A DNA stretch of 64,000 bases. Source: Haliotis rubra (Eukaryota). The notes beneath the pieces were generated by a model that was given only the letters and a program-made list of their open reading frames with translations, ran no database searches and was not told the DNA's origin. Below are positions 56,001 through 64,000 of this stretch, piece by piece (position 1 is the stretch's first letter; each line of letters starts with the position of its first letter). The stretch spans positions 1,302,001-1,366,000 of the forward strand of contig NW_025765203.1 in assembly GCF_003918875.1 (NCBI RefSeq), read 5' to 3'. Position numbers and translations under genes: made by a program.

Positions 56001-58869
56001 TGGGTAGTCTAGTGGTTGACGTTGACTCATCACGCCGAAGACCCGGGTTCGATTCCCCACATAGGTACAATGTGGAAAACTCATTTCTGGTATCCCCTTC
56101 CGTGATATTGCTGGAATATTGCTAAAAGCGGTGTAAAACCATACTCACTCACGCCTGTCCTACGCCTGTCATGGGTAGCAAGCTACATACTGACACAGAT
56201 CCGCATATACTCGTAAACAGGTAGCAGTGGTAGAGCTTGAAAATTGCTGACTGCGGCGTTACACAACATTCAGTCTCCTGCCCGACACACGTCATACTTA
56301 TTATCTCTAGAATATATATTCTGTTCCTCAGCCACGATACCCGTGAAGATCCGGGTTAGAATGTGATGAATTACTATCGCTATATTGTAACTCCCATTTC
56401 CACTCACGACATCGAGATAAGATGCGCACATCTGTGTTAACCTAGTGGTTTGCTTGTCACGCCAAGACCCGGGTTCGATTCCCCACATGGGTACAATGCG
56501 TGAAGCTCATTTCTAGTGTCCCCTGCCGTGATATTGTTGAAATATTGCTAAAAGCGGCGTAAAACTAAACTGACTCACTCACTCACTCATAATGATAAAT
56601 GTGAAAAACATGCATTAAGTCGACATTTGCTGCCATACCTAACGGAAACACCGTGATATAGATCACTTAATCACCCAATTCACTCACTCGCTTACTCATA
56701 AGCCGACCTCTGCTTGTTTTTGTTCTGTTTGGTTTCGACGTGAAGATAAGGCGGTGCTTTGTGAGAAGCCGGTGACGCCTGACGTAGAGTCTACAGAGAC
56801 TTACTACGATTTGGCCGAGAAGAATAACGTCCCACTCTTTTGTGCCTTCCAAAGGTAAGTGATACAAACGTCTTCTTTCAGTTGCTATATACCGCTGAAG
56901 AATTACCGATATGAAGTTAAAATTTAACTGCATTACTCTTTTAAATATAATTATTTGCTTGATATTTTTTTAAATAACACACGAGCAAAATGTTTTCTCG
57001 AAGTGATCCATCCTAAGTTATGTCTCCTGTGGGTGATAAAGACGTGACAAATAAACAGTGAGGGTAACTGGATGCCTTCAGTTTCATTTCCAAAATTCGA
57101 TTGAACTGGATTGTATGTTTTCCTATTCTATTTCACAATTATAGAAATTGAAAACACGCCTCAACAATGTACCAAAGCGAAAATATTGAGACATTGATGA
57201 AATATATATATATATTCCAGCATCATTCAAAGTGGTCACCCATATTCATGGCCCGACTCTGTAGTGTAGTGGGTACAGCGTCTGCCCGGGGAGTGGAAGG
57301 TCGTGGTTCGAGCCCCGGCCGCGTCGTGCCAAAAGACGTTTAAACATGGGATTTGTGGTTGCCCTGCCTGACACACGACACAAAGGGGAGTCATTATACT
57401 GTGTTGGCAGTCGGTATTACTGTAGGGTATACTTGTAAAAACTGCAGCATGGGAACTCAGTGGACAACACTGGCATTTGTCCGGACTAATGTGCACAGTA
57501 CCCCTCTCCTTGTTCATTCACGTGTATTGTTGGTGCATATTGTTCATGATTTGTTAATATCACGTTTTTAAAATGATCATGAAAAAGTTATACAGTTCAT
57601 ATCGGTTGTGCAGGAGATACGACCCGAGCTTCCGACAAATGCATGACCACATCCGGTCAGAAACATTCGGCCAACTCCGCCTACTGAAGGGTTCAAGCCA
57701 CGATGTCAGTGCTCCCTCTCCTGACTACATCCGGACGTCAGGTAATCCGCCATTTGTCAACTAACGGCAACTTTCGTTTCCGGTTTTATTCTGTATGCGT
57801 ATTTTTTCGAGTATTTTTTTTTTGGTACATTTTACATAGATTCTAGTTCATGCATTTCACTATATGGCTGAAAAAATGTGATGCAATGCAACGTTAAATC
57901 TTAACTCGTTCACTTTTCTAGGAGGAATTTTCTTCGACTCCACAATCCACGACCTTGACCTTTCTTTATGGATGGTAGGCTCAAAGCCAAGAAGTGTCTA
58001 CGCATGTGGAAATGCATTTGACCCAGAAGTCGGAAAGCTTGGTGACCTTGACCTGGTGAACGTCACCATCAAGTATGAAAATGGCGTAGTGTCCATGATT
58101 GACAACGGCCGCGTTTCGAGTGCGGGCTACGATCAGAGATTGGAGGTGACTTTTATTTTTGACCTTGGGGTTTGAAAATTCTCTTTCTGACACATATTTT
58201 AATGAACATGTGGTCATTTCTTGCCTCAGCTTAGAGTCACGTGATGTTACAGGCGAAATTTGACAACGGGAACTTGACAGTGACAAACACCAGCGTCAAC
58301 CAGCTCCACTCCGCGACATCAGCGCCACCTCTTTCACCAGGGTTTGTTGGACGTTATGATGAAGCGTACCATCTAGAGCTCAAACATTTTTTGGATGTCT
58401 TGGAAGGTAATGTGCTATAATGAACAGGCAGCTAGCTTTTATAAATAGTGTTTTCATAGCAAACTGACATGAAGTGACCGCTCGATATCTCACAGCATGA
58501 CCTTTGTTTTTGGAGAAAAAAACCCGTCGCCACTCCACTTATTTTCAATCTGGAATCCTTATTTATGAAAATACTTGTTTGGAGGTAATGTTTATCGAAA
58601 ATATGATAAACGATGTACAACGCATGTCTATACAATCTGCCTTTGTAAGTCAAAGGGTTGGGGGGGTTTTCAGCACATTTTTTAAAGCTAAAACACCATC
58701 CCTCACACCTCGACCTTGTGGATCGTTAAGCGTGATTCAGACAGATGATGTGTATGTTCCAGGTAAAACAGATCTGGAAGTGACCAAACACGACACATTG
58801 TCAGCCATGAAACTTGCCCAAGCGTGCGGGGAATCGCTGGAGAAAGGAGCGCCTGTTCTGCTCCAATGA
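53023..58869 (+). CDS. Gfo/Idh/MocA oxidoreductase, myo-inositol 2-dehydrogenase (IolG/YrbE)-like, 331 aa, 8 exons
   Basis: Phase-consistent exons 53023-53065, 53765-53924, 55532-55602, 56746-56854, 57614-57741, 57922-58145, 58253-58406, 58763-58869 total 996 nt. Motifs: VAVFGLGKMG (Rossmann), AVIIASPSTEH, VLCEKP, CAFQRRYDPSF, SGGIFFDSTIHDLD, GYDQRLE. Confidence 0.93.
53307..53413. mobile_element. Palindromic Harbinger-type MITE with CTG TSD
   Basis: ~43-bp TIRs GGCCCCGTTCTTCAAAGCGATCGTAGCTCTACGACAGTCGTAA, with CTG at 53304-53306 and 53414-53416. The TIR resembles that of the Harbinger at 45901. Confidence 0.85.
53947..55012. mobile_element. Kolobok-like non-autonomous DNA transposon (TTAA TSD)
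   Basis: TTAA|AGGTCACATGCAAC ... GTTGCATGTGACCT|TTAA, a perfect 14-bp TIR with a purine-purine start. No coding capacity seen. Confidence 0.82.
55154..55320 (+). mobile_element. SINE family B
   Basis: Head, body and tail align to the 27141 copy. Confidence 0.82.
55994..56151 (+). mobile_element. SINE family B
   Basis: Head, body and tail align to the 27141 copy. Confidence 0.85.
56441..56588 (+). mobile_element. SINE family B
   Basis: Slightly 5'-truncated; B box, body and (ACTC)n tail present. Confidence 0.85.
57250..57480 (+). mobile_element. tRNA-derived SINE of a different family (central part recalls the Meta/MESC domain)
   Basis: A box TAGTGTAGTGG and B box GGTTCGAGCCC, then GGCCGCGTCGTGCCAAAAGACGTTTAAACATGG..TGCCCTGCCTGACAC. 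The domain assignment is from memory only. Confidence 0.6.
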
Positions 58870-60104
58870 CCTTGACCTCAACTGATTGAGATGACCTTGA
58901 CCTCAGCTATTTGAGATTGCGGGTATAATCGGAAGAAATCTCACTAAGCGAAACTGATATTAGTTTACTGTCCTTTTCATACAAATTATACAAAAATCCT
59001 GATTTTTTTAGTGGAGTCTACTGTTTTTGAATTTTTGAAAATACAGACGTTTGACTTAAATGTGGAAAAATCCCCTTTCATGAATGATCCATACCCAGAA
59101 ATATTATTTTCAGTTTTGTTAGTTAGTTTTGTGACGTGCACGGCATTGTCGACAAATAGAAATATTGCCCACTGTTCCCAAGCACTAGAGTGTCTCGGAT
59201 TCTTGAATAGAACGTATTGCTGTTAATAACTTTGTTTATATAATTTGTAATTACTCTTGAATTATGATGTAGGAGTGATGCGTTTCTTTGAACACCGTTT
59301 TTCACTGTAGTCCATGTTGATCACTTGATTAGAAAAATACCCAGAAATATCCTTGATAATGTTTATACATATTTCTCTGTCACTTTCTTATAGTAGACAT
59401 ATATTTATACTATACGTTTCAAAAAGTATTTTGAGTCTGTTTTATCATATTGAATACATACAATAATCACTTGCATCCAGTCGTTATGTGAAACACGTAC
59501 ATGTATTTGCAAAATGTGCTCTCCATTGATATAAAGAAAACCCTTGCTCTTTTGGATAAACCTATACGTCAGCAAATCTGTTGCATTTTAATATATGTAT
59601 TAATCAATTCCCAAAGATTCAGGTCGACAATGTTGTCTCAACAGATAGTTGTACAGAGGAATTTGTTTCCACTGTTTCGTTGTTGTTTGTATTGATCAAT
59701 AAACGACTTGTGAGGTTTTGACATGGCCCCTTTCATTTCCACCACGTGTTGCCTCTTATTGAACCCAGTCTGCTGAGGGAAGGAGATGGTGATGACTTTG
59801 TTGCGTTTCGGCGTCTGTTCTCAATTTTGAAAAGTTCAATAACTGCTACACACTGCTATGAAATGCAAATGTTCTTTTCACGGAGAAACAATCACATTCT
59901 GGAACGATTTCTGTGCAATCGATATCTAAGTAGTCGACGTTTTAACTGTTTCTGGTCATACTAGAACAGCGAACACTACGCCAAAATTCACCCAAGGAAT
60001 GTGAATTGATTCTTTTCAATAAGCGTGGAATAAACACGTCACTTCTGGAAGTGTGGCAGTTGATGCAATATGTATTTCCATGAATAGTTAGCTGACAACA
60101 AAGC

Positions 60105-60116
60105 AGTATATATACA
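60105..60116 (+). promoter_or_regulatory. Candidate TATA box of the secreted-protein gene
   Basis: GTATATATAC about 210 bp upstream of the ATG at 60318. Confidence 0.3.
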
Positions 60117-60317
60117 TCACGGAGACCCAATCCACTTGATTTCCTGGAGAAAACGCATTGTGTTGGGGTTGAACTGGACTAAACCTTCTACTTGTGGATC
60201 TTGAAAACGACATTTCTAAACAACAGTTGTGAACAACAAACTTACAAAGCGACCTGTTGTTGTCGACCACTTGAAACACGACTGGTGATACATACCATTG
60301 ATACTGACGCTGACACC

Positions 60318-63300
60318 ATGATGACGTCATGGACCTACCTGTTCGTTGTGCTGATTAGTTTTACCTGTGTCGCAGCGCTACCCACACGTGCAGGTGAGAT
60401 ATGTACACGTATAGACAGGTCATCACGTGAGTGTGTTTTGGGTTGGTAAATATCCTGTATCGAGAGAGCGAACAAAACACAGGTTTTTTTTCCTGATCCA
60501 GAATATTTGTCAGCGCAAAACATTCGCGCATCTTTACCAATTTAACATATTTTCAGTAATCGTAAATTATACTCAACTGTCACAAACATTACCCGAGCAC
60601 GTTTCCCTGAAAGTGCTCATTCATGTATTACGTCACAATTTAGTCATACGTCAGTCGAACAATGAGATCAGGCGGTATAGCTCGAAATCAAACAACCCAT
60701 GCTTGTCGTAAGAGGCGACTAACGGGATCGGGTGGTCAGGCTCGCTGACTTGGTTGACACATGTCATCGTATCCCAATTGTGTAAATCGATGCTCATGCT
60801 GTTGATCACTGAGTTGTGTGGTCCAGACTCGATTATTTACAGACCCCCGCCATATAGCTGGAATATTGCTGCGTGCGGCGTTAAGCAACAACCCAACCCA
60901 AATCATACACATATTAGACGATGATATCAAAGAATATTATTATCACAATGAGAACAGAGACATCGTATAATTCTGATTCAATCATCGACCGACAAGCGAG
61001 GTGACTGGTTTCATTGTATAACCAAACACTCAAAGTAGTAGAACGTACCAGACCTCATAGTTGCATACTTATTCATAAATCTTAGTAATGTCATGGCTTA
61101 TTAATCATATCATATCGATATTCATCCTCGACTATCATGTAGAGTAGAGTCTATTGTTTTATGAGATTCCATACATGGCCATAATATGTGACGCCCGTTT
61201 CTGATGTTCCATGCCGTGATAATGCTGGAATAAAAGCGGCATAAAACCATACTCACTCACTGTTATGATTTGACACCTTGGATATTCGAAGGTTTGCATT
61301 CTTGGAATAGTCAGCTGACTTCTTCGGAAAAGTACTAAGCTATTATCAACTGCTTAATTAACTCCATTAACAGTTTTAACATTAACAGGTTTTTGAGATA
61401 TGTCATTGGCCAGCTGCTGTTTCCACATCTATTTTGTTTTTTATCGACATCAATACAAAACGCCAAGCACCATCTGTGGGCTGAAATTGTGTAAACAGTA
61501 TACTTACCGTTAGTTTGGTCTTTGTACATAAACTACACTGCAATAGTCAAGAGGTTAGTGTGTTTGTCTGTGATATACCCAGTCCTGGTTGGAGTCCTTT
61601 GCGGGTATATGTCCAGTCTTAAACAACTATACTGCAATAGTCAAGTGGTTAGTGTGTTTGTCTGTGATACACCCAGTCCTGGTTCGAGTCCTTTGCGGGT
61701 ATATGTCAGTCTTAAACTACTACACTGCAATAGTCAAGTGGTTAGTGTTTTTGTCTGTGATACACTCAGTCCTGGTTCGAGTCCTTTGCGGGTATATGTC
61801 CAGTCTTTGTCTCACTACAATATTGTTAAAAACAGGTTGTTCATTATCAAACATTGTGATAATTGTTTGTAAGTAGGTACTGTAGCTCATCTAAAGACAT
61901 GACAATAGGGGTAAATTGGGTTTATCGTTATGATCAAGATTATTTCACCTCGGTAGTGTTTGTTTTATTGCTGTTTAACGCCCCACTCGGCAGTACTCTG
62001 GCTATATGTGGGTTGTCAGTAAGTGCTCAGTGTCCAATGCTTTTTAACCAGCCCGTATTTTGTGGGACAATGGTTGCCATGTGGCTTCTTAGACGTCGTC
62101 CTACCCCTGCGACAGCGACGTTCGAGCTACGCTCAGTCGTTCTTGCATTCAGTTGTTAACTAAAACAGTCATGTTTGTAATCCGTAGCTAATTCTTAAGG
62201 CAGAGTGGTTTGGCAAGCATGAGCCTTGGTCAGGATACGATGCTACCCCACAAGCATTGTGTTTCCCTCAACCACAGTTGTGAGAGCAGAGCAAAACCAT
62301 ACTTTCCGTCCGATCAAATACATGTATGTCGTTCTTTTGTCCGCAGGCGAATCTGAAGACGAAGAAGAGAAGAAAGAAGACCGTCTGCTATTCGAACCCA
62401 AGAAAGGAGGGGAAGACAAACAGGGAAAAGTTGCGCCACCTGGCAAACATCAGCAGGAAGAGGCGATAATTGAGAACACAGCCGCATGGAAGAAAGCAGT
62501 CGAGGAAAAGATTGGCCGAGAAACTCCCAAAGATCACGGCGAGATCGGGTCCCTCGGTGGAGAGGCTCTAGCACACGGTGCCCACGAGGGTGACCTTCAC
62601 GGCAAGGTCCCAGAGGAGAAGGCGATCAAACATGTCGACACTGGCGCTCTGGGGGAGGACTTCCTCCACAACGTGATGCATGATGGGGAAGAAAACCACG
62701 AGGAGGCGGATAAACAATTGCTGAAGGAGAGACCAGCTGAAATAGGGGATGTGGCCAAAATGAACTTCGATAAAGAGAGCTTGAAGCAGTTTAAGGAGGA
62801 TGCTTTCAAAGATCCTGATCCCACTGATAAGAAGTTCGACAACCAAGACCACGGTCCTAAACGACCTGACAAGGCGCTGCACGGAGTTCTGATGCACGGG
62901 GACCAGGAAGCGGGGAAGGATCACAGCCATGAGGACCAAGTCAAGAAGGAGGACAAGCCGAGAGGGGAGGACACAGTCCGGATTGGACGGGTGAGTGCGG
63001 TCGGGGGGACATGGCGGTATACCATTATGTACATCCATATATAAATCAGGGGCAGTATAAGTATTGATGCAATAAATAACACGATAATAGAGCGGTGAAT
63101 AAACCAAATCTCAGGTCACTGTAAAACTATCAAGGGAAAGAGACACCGTAACGCGTAGGATGGTATACGGAGCCTTAATGCATTCATTCTGATGGCAAAT
63201 AGATCTTGTGATACATAAGAATGCATGCATTGCATTTCTAGACATAGTATATTTGGCCTTTGGTGTCTTCATTTACACCTAGCGGAAATAACAACAGAGT

Positions 63301-63873
63301 AAAATGCAGATTTGGTAATTACTACAATCAATACTCTCCGCTAAAGAGCACTGAACATGTAAACCATCGTTTTCACAGTACAGGCGCGTGATGCGTTTCA
63401 TGAAATTTTACGATCAAGCAATCAAGGAATCAACACCGTCACGTGTCTTTGAAATAAACAGACAATGGTACATAACGTATTTATTCATAAATGGTAATTC
63501 TCGACTTTGATCTTCTCTACAGGTAGACAAAACCGCCTTTCTGAAAGAAGAAGAGAAAGTCGCCAGAGCCACGCCAAACACGGTCGACACGGAACAGCTG
63601 CTGCACGGGGCTGGCAAGGGGCACGTGCATGATCATGCGGCACCGAAGGGATCGCGTGACGACGGGGTTGAGGATGGCGTCCTGGACGAAAACTTCATGC
63701 ACAACCTGATGCACGGAGGTCTCGAGAAACACGAGCACGATGACTCACGGTTGAAGAAAGAGAAAGCGATTCGTCCTCGGGATCTGGAAAACTTGGGCCT
63801 GGACAAAAGCTTGTTGAAAGGTCTTGACCTGAAGAAGATGATCCAAGATGATATGGAGGAATATAATAAGTAA
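60318..63873 (+). CDS. Uncharacterised secreted acidic, His-rich repeat protein (at least 3 exons; may continue past window end)
   Basis: Exon 60318-60393 encodes signal peptide MMTSWTYLFVVLISFTCVAA-LP (phase 1). Exon 62347-62990 and the exon from 63523 are phase-consistent and open. The last exon ends at TAA 63873 or at a donor AA|GTAAAT at 63870. Confidence 0.82.
60692..60900 (+). mobile_element. SINE-like family A, 5'-truncated copy
   Basis: Starts at CAACCCATGCTTGTCGTAAGAGGCGACTAACGGG; body and tail intact. Confidence 0.88.
61530..61806 (+). repeat. Tandem repeat, ~93-bp unit x3, each containing a tRNA-like A box/B box
   Basis: Units start at ~61531, 61625 and 61718. TAGTCAAGTGGTTAG and GGTTCGAGTCC occur in each (B box mutated in unit 1). 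Confidence 0.88.
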
Positions 63874-63934
63874 ATAATGTTCTTACTTGGTGTGAGTGAG
63901 TGAGTGGACAATCTGCCAACTTCCAACAACTTGA

Positions 63935-64000
63935 TTTGTTTGTTTATCACCGCACCTAGCAATATTCCAGCTATATGGTGGCGGTCTGTAAATAATCGAA
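63935..64000 (-). mobile_element. SINE-like family A 3' end (continues beyond window)
   Basis: GCAATATTCCAGCTATATGGTGGCGGTCTGTAAATAATCG is the reverse complement of the family A tail. Confidence 0.8.

Noticed and set aside
53023-58869. Bacterial contamination or recent horizontal transfer
   Set aside because: The gene has seven canonical introns filled with host repeats.
59079-59165. Relic duplicate of the signal-peptide exon (ILFSVLLVSFVTCTALST)
   Set aside because: Similarity is limited to generic hydrophobic residues, and no splice donor follows.

Overview
This is a eukaryotic, AT-rich, intron-containing invertebrate genomic window, most likely a gastropod mollusc such as abalone (inferred from repeat content, not verified). 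Host genes, left to right: (1) the first coding exon of a cytosolic sulfotransferase (- strand; the rest runs off the left edge); (2) a complete RSF1 (remodeling and spacing factor 1) orthologue with 16 coding exons (7200..32861), several probable assembly frameshifts and a probable ~5.8 kb 3'UTR; (3) a two-exon, apparently domesticated pogo/CENP-B-type transposase gene with a C-terminal PHD finger (43545..49261); (4) an 8-exon Gfo/Idh/MocA myo-inositol 2-dehydrogenase-like gene (53023..58869); (5) an unrecognised secreted acidic His-rich protein (60318..>=63873). Mobile DNA is abundant: a full-length DIRS1-type tyrosine-recombinase retrotransposon with ITRs and ICR in RSF1 intron 4, a near-intact Tc1 element, a Harbinger fragment and related MITEs, hAT/Kolobok/PIF MITEs, CR1/L2 and Rex-Babar LINE tails, Penelope-like repeats carrying minimal hammerhead ribozymes, and two major SINE-like families. 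The most interesting leads are a covarying pseudoknot RNA forming the precise 5' end of a tRNA-less SINE-like family (candidate self-cleaving ribozyme), the domesticated pogo-PHD gene, the hammerheads, and the His-repeat secreted protein. All coordinates were read by eye and may be off by a few bases at repeat boundaries.
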